From the IMG/VR virus record IMGVR_UViG_3300025608_000722, positions 15,933-79,932 of that record: a DNA stretch of 64,000 nt. One strand, written 5' to 3'. Positions 18,063 through 26,747 of the stretch are shown here, piece after piece. A model generated the notes under the pieces. The model was given only the letters and a program-made list of their open reading frames with translations. It made no database searches and was not told the DNA's origin. Source of the stretch: a virus. Taxonomy: Duplodnaviria; Caudoviricetes. The first letter of the stretch is position 1; each line of letters opens with the position of its first letter. The position numbers and the translations under genes are program-made.

Positions 18063-18858
18063 GATTTAATTCTCCTTCATATAACAATGTTGTCATTGGG
18101 GCCATTCCGGCAAAGTCGTGCATACTAGTAGTGCAGTTAACATGTTCTTCAACTTCATAGAAATCATTACTTTGTAATATAACTAATTTTCCTGCCGGAA
18201 TTAAATCATACCATTCACTAAAATTTTTAATGTGTTCGCAACTTGTATTAATGATGGTGTTAGGAATATCACCTAAGTCGACTGTTGTTCCGTTAGCACG
18301 TAATACTGTGTATACTGCATTTTCGTAATTAATTTCTTTAATGTCTTTAGTGCAGGATTTGAACTTCCATCCGTCAAGCACCCAATCTTTATTAAATGCT
18401 TCTGCTACTTCTCTGCAAGTGTCGTCGATATCAAAACTTCTAAATTTTTCAATTTTTAAATTATTTTCAAACATCATAGTAGCTAATGTTGCATACCAAC
18501 CGGCACATAAAAATACAACACCTAAATCAAGATTTAAATTCTTTAGCTCTGCAACTAACCATTGTTTACTTTTTATCTGGCCTCGGCTAATACAATCCGT
18601 GTCAAAGTTTTCGTTTTTTTGCAACTTACGAATACCTTCAATAAAAGGCGTGTCTTTAATTTGTTTAACTGCACGAAATAAACTCCACACGTTATCTTGT
18701 AACAATGCCTTACGTAAATCATCTTTATTATCGTCTGTAACAATTCTAAAAATACTATTAAGATCTTTGTCAACATATGCTCTACGTAGATCTGCTAGTT
18801 TGCTACTAGTAGGATATAATAATTCTAGTCTATCTAAAATTTCATGAGTTTGCATCAA
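18022..18858 (-). CDS. Class I SAM-dependent methyltransferase-like protein
   Basis: VVFLCAGWYATL (motif I-like), RSFDID (motif II), IINTSCEH. Confidence 0.6.
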   Translation of the reverse strand: MMQTHEILDRLELLYPTSSKLADLRRAYVDKDLNSIFRIVTDDNKDDLRKALLQDNVWSLFRAVKQIKDTPFIEGIRKLQKNENFDTDCISRGQIKSKQWLVAELKNLNLDLGVVFLCAGWYATLATMMFENNLKIEKFRSFDIDDTCREVAEAFNKDWVLDGWKFKSCTKDIKEINYENAVYTVLRANGTTVDLGDIPNTIINTSCEHIKNFSEWYDLIPAGKLVILQSNDFYEVEEHVNCTTSMHDFAGMAPMTTLLYEGELNLDKYTRYMRIGYK

Positions 18859-19543
18859 ATTGCTCCTTTAACCATTCGAAGTTGTTAATATTTACTAGCT
18901 CATCAGGCCTGCAAGAAAGGCCAAAATCCATACCAGCATTAGCACCCGCCAGGGCATACTTACCAAAAGGTTTATCAACTCCCTTAGTAGTCCATATTTT
19001 AAGTCGTTCATCTGTTTCATCATTAATTTGTCTATCTATAATTTTACTTGATAATTTAGCACATTCTCTAAATGCACTTCTCCATGTACTAAATGCATCA
19101 GTATTAAATGCAGTAATATTAGATATCTCGTTAATTACTTTAAATTTAGTACTAATACTAGTTGTCATGTCAGTTGTCGTTGTATCCATATTTTTTGTTA
19201 ACTCTGTTGGAAACAACTTTACACCGCCGTAACCATAAATTAAATTGTTAATAGGATTCATGCTTCTATAAACATGTACTGTATCAGGTTCAGTTGTATA
19301 ATAATTAAAATCAAATTCATCAACTATTACTGCGTCACCGTCTACAGCAAAAAAATAATTAGTGGTTGCTAATTTAGCCGCTTCAATATGAGCATTGTGA
19401 ATACCCTTTACATTAGTAACACGCTTTACTCTGTCGTCTCCAAAGATCCCAACTGTATTAAATCTTTTATACAACTCGTTAAAATTTTGTTCTGCATTTG
19501 GTTCATGATAACTTATAAACACTATGTCGTACATTTTTTGCAC
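18842..19543 (-). CDS. GT-A (GT2-like) glycosyltransferase
   Basis: YDIVFISYHE, HNAHIEAA, FAVDGD (DxD), WRSAFRE. Paralog of 20870-21811. Confidence 0.7.
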   Translation of the reverse strand: MQKMYDIVFISYHEPNAEQNFNELYKRFNTVGIFGDDRVKRVTNVKGIHNAHIEAAKLATTNYFFAVDGDAVIVDEFDFNYYTTEPDTVHVYRSMNPINNLIYGYGGVKLFPTELTKNMDTTTTDMTTSISTKFKVINEISNITAFNTDAFSTWRSAFRECAKLSSKIIDRQINDETDERLKIWTTKGVDKPFGKYALAGANAGMDFGLSCRPDELVNINNFEWLKEQFDANS

Positions 19544-20868
19544 TCCTTGTAAAAATCTTTTAATTCAGGAAATACAGTTAAAAAATCAGTACCTCGACGT
19601 TTATCAAACTGGGTGATAAATTCATAAAACATAAATCTACGTTCTTTAGCAAGACTACCAAATTCTTCTGGGTTTTTAAAACGTTTGTTTAGATCTTGTA
19701 CAATTCTTTTTAAATCATTTGTTTCGTGCTCATCAAAATGTTCTTCCATAAACTCTACACAAGGAATTAAATATTTTTCAATCATGTCTTCAGTTGCGAT
19801 CATTGCATCGAGAAACCCAGGATTTCTTACATACGGGATTGCAATTCTTACTCTATCTTTAAACCCATTACGCAATCTTAACACAATTCCAAGAAACGGT
19901 CTGAATGTAGGAAAACTTAGGATATTAAATGCCGACATAAAACTTAGTTTTCCATTAGTATTTTTTAGATAATACAATACATTGTCGTAGAATTGTTGCC
20001 AGTTTAGTCCTGTTCTACTGTACTCTGCTTGTGCTCCTTTGCTTTCTGCACTTACATGCAAAGTAAATCCTTTGATACAATTGTTACGCTCAAGGTGTTG
20101 TATCTTTTTAATAAATTTATTCCATAACTTTCCTGGCGGACATGCATTTGTATTAATAGAAAATTCCAACTGAGGCTGAGGATTGTCAATTAAATGTTGC
20201 AGAACTTTGTCAGTATGTTTACTTAAGAGGGGTTCGCCTCCTGTAATACGAAAAGTGTGCATATGTTTAACTGCTTCCGGAAACCATTTCCAAAAAGCAT
20301 TAATATACGGATTTTCTTCTCTTTCAGGAATTTGCTTTTGATATTCATCTAGTTGATTATAAAACCAATTAATTGTACTAAATTTATAGTGGCCGTGTTC
20401 TTTAATTTCTTCAGTCCATTTACTACTAAATGCCGGTCCACAATAACTACATTTAAAGTTACATACGTTAGAAAAACTTACTTCAACATATCTAGGATAA
20501 AAATCATCGTAAGCATTAGAATTTACAATTTTATGATAGTCCGGCCAACTCCAATAATTTCTACTTTTCCATATTCTATCACTGTAATGATCTGTGTTAT
20601 CTTCAATACGCCAGCAATAGTCACACTCGCCGGGTCGCTCACCGTTTTTCATTTGCTGGCGGGTGTTCTTTTTAAACATTGTATTGTGTAGCAATTGCGG
20701 ATTTTCTTCAACTTCGTTGATTGGAATCGTGTGTGCTTTTACGTGATGACAACTATGATTTAATCCTGATCCTAAATGTATAGTAACCTGTGTCCATTTA
20801 GCCAAGCAGAATCCACATCCTACTTGGTTTAATTTTTCTTTAACTTTTTTAGGATCTGTTAATTCCAT
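19522..20868 (-). CDS. Radical SAM enzyme with N-terminal twitch/SPASM-like domain (subfamily A)
   Basis: FCLAKW...SCHH...CDYCW, then CNFKCSYC and ITGGEP. Confidence 0.85.
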   Translation of the reverse strand: MELTDPKKVKEKLNQVGCGFCLAKWTQVTIHLGSGLNHSCHHVKAHTIPINEVEENPQLLHNTMFKKNTRQQMKNGERPGECDYCWRIEDNTDHYSDRIWKSRNYWSWPDYHKIVNSNAYDDFYPRYVEVSFSNVCNFKCSYCGPAFSSKWTEEIKEHGHYKFSTINWFYNQLDEYQKQIPEREENPYINAFWKWFPEAVKHMHTFRITGGEPLLSKHTDKVLQHLIDNPQPQLEFSINTNACPPGKLWNKFIKKIQHLERNNCIKGFTLHVSAESKGAQAEYSRTGLNWQQFYDNVLYYLKNTNGKLSFMSAFNILSFPTFRPFLGIVLRLRNGFKDRVRIAIPYVRNPGFLDAMIATEDMIEKYLIPCVEFMEEHFDEHETNDLKRIVQDLNKRFKNPEEFGSLAKERRFMFYEFITQFDKRRGTDFLTVFPELKDFYKECKKCTT

Positions 20869-20869
20869 T

Positions 20870-21811
20870 TTATTCCTTGTCTATAATAAACTGCTGGGCA
20901 CTGTTTCTACTAGGGTTTTGATAAACAGTTTTAAAGAAAGCACTTTGTTCTTGTGTAAATGGTTGAATAGCAATTGGACATTCTAGTTCATTAATTAGAC
21001 GGGCACCTAATATAAAAATTTCGTCATGTAGTACCTCTAGTGGTAAAGCATCTCGACCGCCCCAGAGATCATTCAAATATTTAAAATCTCTTACATTTAC
21101 ATAATCCCAGTCATCTAACATTGTAGCAACTAGGCCTTCACGTGCTCCGTAAATTGCCCAATCACCATTTTGAACGTCTGACCCAACCATTAGCCAGATC
21201 CACAGTCTATGTAAATTTTTCCAATGACCATTTAAGAAGTCTTCTTTAGTAGGTTTAATTCCTCGATCCAATGCCATCTTTACACCTTCACGATAGCCAG
21301 CACGCCATGCTTGCTGTGGCGTAGCATTATTATATACATCACTATAACAACTATTTTGTTGAATATATTGTAAGTCCCAGCAAAAATCTACTTGAGCAGA
21401 CTTATTATCTGGATCGGCATTTTCGTGTGTACGCATATTAAGAACGTATTCTTTTGGCCAACATTTTAAACCGCCATTACCGTACATAAGTCCATTGATA
21501 GCATTTTTTCCGCACCAACTAATAACACTATTTTCTAAATCAGTATGTTCATCAAAATCTAATACTTGATTAATAAAGTCTGGACGAATTTTGTTGTCAC
21601 CGTCAACTGTAATAAATCGATCAGTTTCACTTAATTCGGCGCATGCTTTGTGTGCGGCATCACTGCCTTCTACTCCGTGTACTCGTTTTGCCCACGGTGC
21701 CTTGGTGAGTAGATCAGCATAATTTTCTTCTGCATTTGGTTCGTCATATGATAGATATATAATGTCTTGCTCTGCAATCTTTAACTTCATTTCTTTTCCT
21801 CGTACACGCAT
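20870..21811 (-). CDS. GT-A (GT2-like) glycosyltransferase
   Basis: DIIYLSYDE, DAAHKACA, ITVDGD (DxD), WRAGYRE. Confidence 0.7.
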   Translation of the reverse strand: MRVRGKEMKLKIAEQDIIYLSYDEPNAEENYADLLTKAPWAKRVHGVEGSDAAHKACAELSETDRFITVDGDNKIRPDFINQVLDFDEHTDLENSVISWCGKNAINGLMYGNGGLKCWPKEYVLNMRTHENADPDNKSAQVDFCWDLQYIQQNSCYSDVYNNATPQQAWRAGYREGVKMALDRGIKPTKEDFLNGHWKNLHRLWIWLMVGSDVQNGDWAIYGAREGLVATMLDDWDYVNVRDFKYLNDLWGGRDALPLEVLHDEIFILGARLINELECPIAIQPFTQEQSAFFKTVYQNPSRNSAQQFIIDKE

Positions 21812-22308
21812 CTGGTTATTTTACTATCTGAATAAATGCTATATTCATCAGGTACATTTAACTCTACATGCTGTGTGTCACTTAAATTAAACTTAATTGT
21901 CTTGTACAAAAAATGCGGATCATCTTTTTTTGTTACACTAAACAATATTTCTTCTTCTAGTTTAGAATCTATAAGACTCTGATTTGTATTAATATAACAT
22001 AAATTGTATTGCTTGTCAACTGTAAAAACTAGATCATGTAAATTATCATCGGATATATGTAGCAATTTATTGAATACAAATTTATCATTTATAGATATAT
22101 TCTTTTTTAACTTGTATGTCTTAGTCGTGATATCAAACAATACTCTGTAATCTTCCATCTTGTCTTCATAGGATTGAATAGGTGCTATTTCTTTTTCAGT
22201 AACTTCGATGTATTCATACCCGTCCTCAATAGATGGTCCTACGCTGTACAGTTCGCCAGTCTCTTTAACAAAGCACACATATTGTTTTCCATCCCAACTA
22301 GCGTACAT
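21787..22308 (-). CDS. Hypothetical protein
   Basis: 173-aa ORF overlapping both neighbours in the same operon. Confidence 0.6.
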   Translation of the reverse strand: MYASWDGKQYVCFVKETGELYSVGPSIEDGYEYIEVTEKEIAPIQSYEDKMEDYRVLFDITTKTYKLKKNISINDKFVFNKLLHISDDNLHDLVFTVDKQYNLCYINTNQSLIDSKLEEEILFSVTKKDDPHFLYKTIKFNLSDTQHVELNVPDEYSIYSDSKITRCVYEEKK

Positions 22309-23098
22309 TGTACTTCTCCATAATTTGATTACAAAATTTATCTTCAGTATAATGAAATACGCCTAGCTGGCTATAATTTCCTATTTTTAAATTGCAGTCG
22401 TCGTCCATATAATACGGAATATCATCTAACCAATTATCGTTTGGTGCTGTCCAGTCTTGTACTTTTGACTTCATATGAACAAATGAAAGTAAATTACAGG
22501 AATATTTTTCTAAATCAGTGTTTAACACTGCTATTGCATGATTGATATCCATACTACTTAATCTAGGTTTTAATTTTTTTAAATAGATATCATAAAATTC
22601 TTCGTGGTTTTTACAAATTAATTCCAACTGTTTATAATACTGTAAACCAATATCATTCTTTTTAAAATAGTGAAATGCACAATAGATGTTTGGTAAATTA
22701 TTTTTTGCAAAAGCCTGTCTATAGTAACTATCTTTAACTGTAGTACCTTTATATGTTTGAACGTTTGTAGTAAAGCATACGTCATATTTTTCTAAATATA
22801 TCCAAACGTAATCTATGTTAGATAAAAATATCATATCAGTATCTAAAACAATAGTTTCTGTATAAGGTGTTACATGAAAAATTTTCCAACGGTCCTCAGT
22901 ACGATAAAAATCAGTACCAGTTTGCCAAGGTATTTCAATTACATTATCAAAGACACTGTGATATTCGTCAGGAAGCTCGTCGTTAGTAATAATAGAAACA
23001 CTATTAATTTCTTGCGTTTTCTTAATACTTAACGCACAAAGATATGCCTGTTTTACATACTCTTTGCCCGATGCCATCATTACATATCCTTTAGACAT
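22298..23098 (-). CDS. GT-A nucleotide-diphospho-sugar transferase (GT8-like)
   Basis: KGYVMMA...YVKQAYLCALS, TPYTETIVLDTDM (DxD), FVHMK. Confidence 0.7.
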   Translation of the reverse strand: MSKGYVMMASGKEYVKQAYLCALSIKKTQEINSVSIITNDELPDEYHSVFDNVIEIPWQTGTDFYRTEDRWKIFHVTPYTETIVLDTDMIFLSNIDYVWIYLEKYDVCFTTNVQTYKGTTVKDSYYRQAFAKNNLPNIYCAFHYFKKNDIGLQYYKQLELICKNHEEFYDIYLKKLKPRLSSMDINHAIAVLNTDLEKYSCNLLSFVHMKSKVQDWTAPNDNWLDDIPYYMDDDCNLKIGNYSQLGVFHYTEDKFCNQIMEKYNVR

Positions 23099-23921
23099 TT
23101 ATCAACCTATCTAAGCTAAATTTATTCATTACATGTACATTCATGTTATTTGTTGAGGCTAGTGTATATTCGCCATGAATGTTTTCTTTTTCAAGAAGGA
23201 ACGTTAATTGTTCATTTTGCATTTTACTTAATATATCTCTATCTAAAGAATAATATAATTTTCCAGGCAACGTCTTAGCCCAGTCTAAATCTTTAAATCC
23301 ATTCATTATATGTATTGCAATGCTAAACGCATGATCATTCCTAAAGTTTCGAGATCCTAGATCATACACATATTGATAATGTTCCCAGTTGTCTACAACA
23401 TAATTTAATATTGTAAAAAATGTTTTAACTTCTGGAGTATTTTTAAAATAAAATATTGAAGCCCAGTAGAACGGAATTCCTTTGTCGTTAATATAATCAA
23501 ATTCTTTATGTTTACGCCAAGGTGCTAAGTCAGTACATTCTTTATAAATTTGAAATTCATGAGAGGTATCAAAAGCATACTTTAGTGTATTATTACAAAT
23601 AATAATATCTGTATCTAAAACTAGTGTTTCCTCATAAGGTGTTAGCTCATAACTATTAGATCTGCCGAAATTTTTAAAATGAAGAGTTTTATGACTTTCT
23701 TGGCCGTTTCGATAACGTTTAAAGTTATTATCTAAGTCATTAATAGTAATAACATTATCAAACACTTTTCTATAATTACTATTAATAGCATCTGGTGTCG
23801 AAGTTACAACAGTAGTGGGCAAGTCTAAATGCTTGCTAATCTGATTAGCAAGTAAAACTGCTTGCTTTACATAATTGATTTCACCATTATTATTTGCAAA
23901 GCATAATACCCCTTTACTCAT
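23091..23921 (-). CDS. GT-A nucleotide-diphospho-sugar transferase (GT8-like)
   Basis: KGVLCFA...YVKQAVLLA, TPYEETLVLDTDI, RNDHAFS, VHVMNK. Paralog of the adjacent gene. Confidence 0.7.
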   Translation of the reverse strand: MSKGVLCFANNNGEINYVKQAVLLANQISKHLDLPTTVVTSTPDAINSNYRKVFDNVITINDLDNNFKRYRNGQESHKTLHFKNFGRSNSYELTPYEETLVLDTDIIICNNTLKYAFDTSHEFQIYKECTDLAPWRKHKEFDYINDKGIPFYWASIFYFKNTPEVKTFFTILNYVVDNWEHYQYVYDLGSRNFRNDHAFSIAIHIMNGFKDLDWAKTLPGKLYYSLDRDILSKMQNEQLTFLLEKENIHGEYTLASTNNMNVHVMNKFSLDRLINV

Positions 23922-24261
23922 TAACTAAGCCTTCAACGTTTCTTTTAGTTGTAAGGGCTTTGTATTCAGAATAGTATCTATTAGATGCTGTAATGTATTG
24001 TTGCTTTACTAAACTGACAAACTGTGCTAGATCTTCAACTAATATCGGTGTATTGTTATCATCCGTAATTACTGTTTTCTTAACATCAAGCATTACTAAA
24101 TTAGAAACAAAAGAAAAGAACTCTTTAGAAACAGTAAATCTTCCGCCTAAATGATATAACACTAAGTCTTCTTGATATTTTTGTTGCAATAATCGCTTTT
24201 GTGTGCTAAGTGTAGCAGAAAAATTAGCGAACTCTAGTGCTTTCTCTAGATCTTTATCCAT
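23914..24261 (-). CDS. Hypothetical protein, possibly a tail-fibre assembly factor (DUF4376-like)
   Basis: Directly follows the fibre genes; GGRFTV...ITDDNNTPILV...L.QF pattern. AGGAG RBS. Confidence 0.4.
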   Translation of the reverse strand: MDKDLEKALEFANFSATLSTQKRLLQQKYQEDLVLYHLGGRFTVSKEFFSFVSNLVMLDVKKTVITDDNNTPILVEDLAQFVSLVKQQYITASNRYYSEYKALTTKRNVEGLVNE

Positions 24262-24296
24262 AGTTATACTCCTAGTTAAGTATAAACTATTTAATC

Positions 24297-25211
24297 TTAT
24301 AGAGCGTTGGTTGTGTTGAAAGTTGGCGCTGGAATATTAACGCTACTTGCGTTGTTTGGCCTTCTTTGCTGGATTGTGCTTGTTGTTGTAGCTGTTACTG
24401 CTTCGTCAAAGTTTGGATTAGGACCTTTATCTTCGTTAAATGTAACACGGAATGTTAAAACTGCTCCATTTTTTTGTGCTTCGATTAAGTAATCGTTAGC
24501 ACCGTAAGCACTTGCTGTCTTATTAAAAACTGTTGTATACGTAGAAGGAAGGTTTGAATAACCGTAGTTTGTACCTGTTGACCCATTACTTGTAGTACTT
24601 CTGCCAAAAATCACAGTTCCAACACTAGTCATCAAATTTCTCCAGTCGTTATTGATAGGAGTATTACCTGAACCAATAGTACCACTTAGATTGATTGTTC
24701 CGCCTGCATTAAAAAATACACGCATATGTTCTGCACCGCTAATAGTAGTAGTTGACCCGTCACCGTTTGTAACTGCATATCCCGGAAATGTTACTGTAAA
24801 AATATGGTTAATATCAGTTGACCAACTAGCAGTTCTTGAACTAGATGTGCCTGCTTGTAATCCTGTTTGATTTGCATTAACATTGAGTCTTGCACCTTGA
24901 CATGTAATACTTAAAGATTCATATTGTGCATATCCTTCTTTTGAAGTAGTGTTGCTATCTTCAACAGTATCTCCTACTGATGGTTGTGCAATTTCTGTAG
25001 GTATTGAGCCAGTTTGGTGAAGTCTAATTTTATACATGTCATTATAAAGTTTGACCATGTCTGCCGCAGTAATTGTTGCGCCAGAAGAAATTGTGGAACT
25101 TTCAATTGCTTGTCCGTATCCTTCGTCACCTGAACCGAGCCCTAAGACTGCGGCAATTCTTGCTCGAATAATGTTGTACCTTGCCGCGGTAATTGTATCG
25201 CCTACTGCCAT
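24297..25211 (-). CDS. Virion structural protein, possibly a fibre/tip protein
   Basis: Rich in Thr, Ser and Gly with beta-strand character; last gene of the fibre group; TATAAGTA box upstream. Confidence 0.55.
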   Translation of the reverse strand: MAVGDTITAARYNIIRARIAAVLGLGSGDEGYGQAIESSTISSGATITAADMVKLYNDMYKIRLHQTGSIPTEIAQPSVGDTVEDSNTTSKEGYAQYESLSITCQGARLNVNANQTGLQAGTSSSRTASWSTDINHIFTVTFPGYAVTNGDGSTTTISGAEHMRVFFNAGGTINLSGTIGSGNTPINNDWRNLMTSVGTVIFGRSTTSNGSTGTNYGYSNLPSTYTTVFNKTASAYGANDYLIEAQKNGAVLTFRVTFNEDKGPNPNFDEAVTATTTSTIQQRRPNNASSVNIPAPTFNTTNAL

Positions 25212-25232
25212 AATATGTTTCCTCTTCTATAC

Positions 25233-26711
25233 TTATACTTTAAGTACGCACTCAACTAATTTTTCTGACTCTTCAGTGTTTGATTCTAATGCAATACCAA
25301 CTAAGCTACCGCCATTGATTATTGTATTTGCTGTACCATTATCTCCAACATATACTGGTTGTCCTTTTTTAACTGGACCAACTACACGAACCGGAACGCG
25401 ACCTTTCAAACCAATGTATTGACCTTCTGCATCACTGTTCATCATAAGAGCAGGAGCTGTTGATACAACACCGATTGCAATGTCACCTACTTTAGTAGGT
25501 TCTACTTCGTGATCTTCGTGATCACAAACTGTTACTACTGTACCAAATGGTAATTCTTCACCTGTTGAATACTTTTCTGCCAAGTCAGCATATCTAGCAC
25601 TAGTAGAAATACCATTAAACACATTAGCAGATAAGTTGCCTGAACTGTCTCTAACTGCTACAGTATTATTTGTTGCATTTACATCGCCAGTTCTATAGTT
25701 TGCTCCAACTTGTAAGTTAATTGCATTTGTAGCAAGACCGTTAAACGTAGTTGCATACATGTTTCTGAATTTAAAGTTTGAACTACCAACATCATATGTT
25801 GTTGTAGTAGTTGGAATTAGTCCAACAGCCGAAACATGGAACGGTTCTGTTGTTACACCACCAACCGATTTTACTTTAAATCTAATTTTTTGTCCGGTTG
25901 TGTTTTCAATAACACCTTCGTCACCGGTATTTGCTTGATCAATATATACTGCTAAGTCGTTTGCCGCGCCTACAGTGTATCCAACATCACCAAATCTAAC
26001 AACACTAGTGAAGTTTGCGTTACCTGAAAGTGCATAAGCCGATGCTGGTTGGCCATTTAAGCGGTCCGCATCAGTTGCAGTTCCCCAAAATCTATGACTG
26101 CTTGATGTAACACCAGTTGATCCAGTGTTTCTTAAAGTAACACCTTGTCTAATTACATCAAAACCTGTAATTACATTTGAAGGATCTGTTTGATCAATAG
26201 TAAATTCAGCATTACTGATAATAAATTGTACACCGTCTTCAACTGTACCTTTAATAATAGTTCTATTTGTTAGGGTAGTATCTCTTACTTGAGCAGTAAC
26301 CATTGCTGTTACTGTATCGCCGATGGATTGTGGACCAATTAGGACAAATCCGCCATCGCTGTTCTGTGCATATAGTTGGTTATTTGATGTATCCCACCAA
26401 AAATCACCAGTAGTTAATCCAACTGGTTGTGTGCTTGATACTTCTGCTCCACCAGTTGTTCTAAATTTTGTGCCGTCGTAAAACTTGAGCTTCTTTAAAC
26501 TACTATCAAACCAAATCTGACCGCTTAATGGGTTAGCAGGTGAATTGCCGCTAGAGAAGTTTTCAAGTAAATGTACAAAGTTTTCGTTTTGAATTTCACC
26601 ATAACCGGCATAGTTTTTACCTACAAGTTTAATTGTAGTACTTTGGTCAATGGTTCCATCCTCAACAGTGGCTAACTGTTGTCCATTTGTTAAATTAATT
26701 ATATATGCCAT
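25233..26711 (-). CDS. Tail fibre/spike protein with shared N-terminal anchor and C-terminal peptidase G2-like intramolecular chaperone
   Basis: N-terminus MAYIINLTNG...GKNYAGYGE..NENFVHLLENF; C-terminus SARYADLAEKY...GVVS..P...GRVPV. Confidence 0.7.
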   Translation of the reverse strand: MAYIINLTNGQQLATVEDGTIDQSTTIKLVGKNYAGYGEIQNENFVHLLENFSSGNSPANPLSGQIWFDSSLKKLKFYDGTKFRTTGGAEVSSTQPVGLTTGDFWWDTSNNQLYAQNSDGGFVLIGPQSIGDTVTAMVTAQVRDTTLTNRTIIKGTVEDGVQFIISNAEFTIDQTDPSNVITGFDVIRQGVTLRNTGSTGVTSSSHRFWGTATDADRLNGQPASAYALSGNANFTSVVRFGDVGYTVGAANDLAVYIDQANTGDEGVIENTTGQKIRFKVKSVGGVTTEPFHVSAVGLIPTTTTTYDVGSSNFKFRNMYATTFNGLATNAINLQVGANYRTGDVNATNNTVAVRDSSGNLSANVFNGISTSARYADLAEKYSTGEELPFGTVVTVCDHEDHEVEPTKVGDIAIGVVSTAPALMMNSDAEGQYIGLKGRVPVRVVGPVKKGQPVYVGDNGTANTIINGGSLVGIALESNTEESEKLVECVLKV

Positions 26712-26739
26712 TTACTAATACCCCTAATTGTGTTATATG

Positions 26740-26747
26740 TATTTATA
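26740..26747 (-). promoter_or_regulatory. T4-type late promoter overlapping the upstream stop codon
   Basis: Exact TATAAATA on the minus strand, about 30 nt before the 26711 start. Variant boxes occur at 16752, 24288, 25230, 31292, 49782, 50256, 58112, 63221 and 63909. Confidence 0.7.

Noticed and set aside
18341-19232. Plus-strand ORFs of 168 and 116 aa
   Set aside because: Antisense shadows of the methyltransferase and glycosyltransferase genes.
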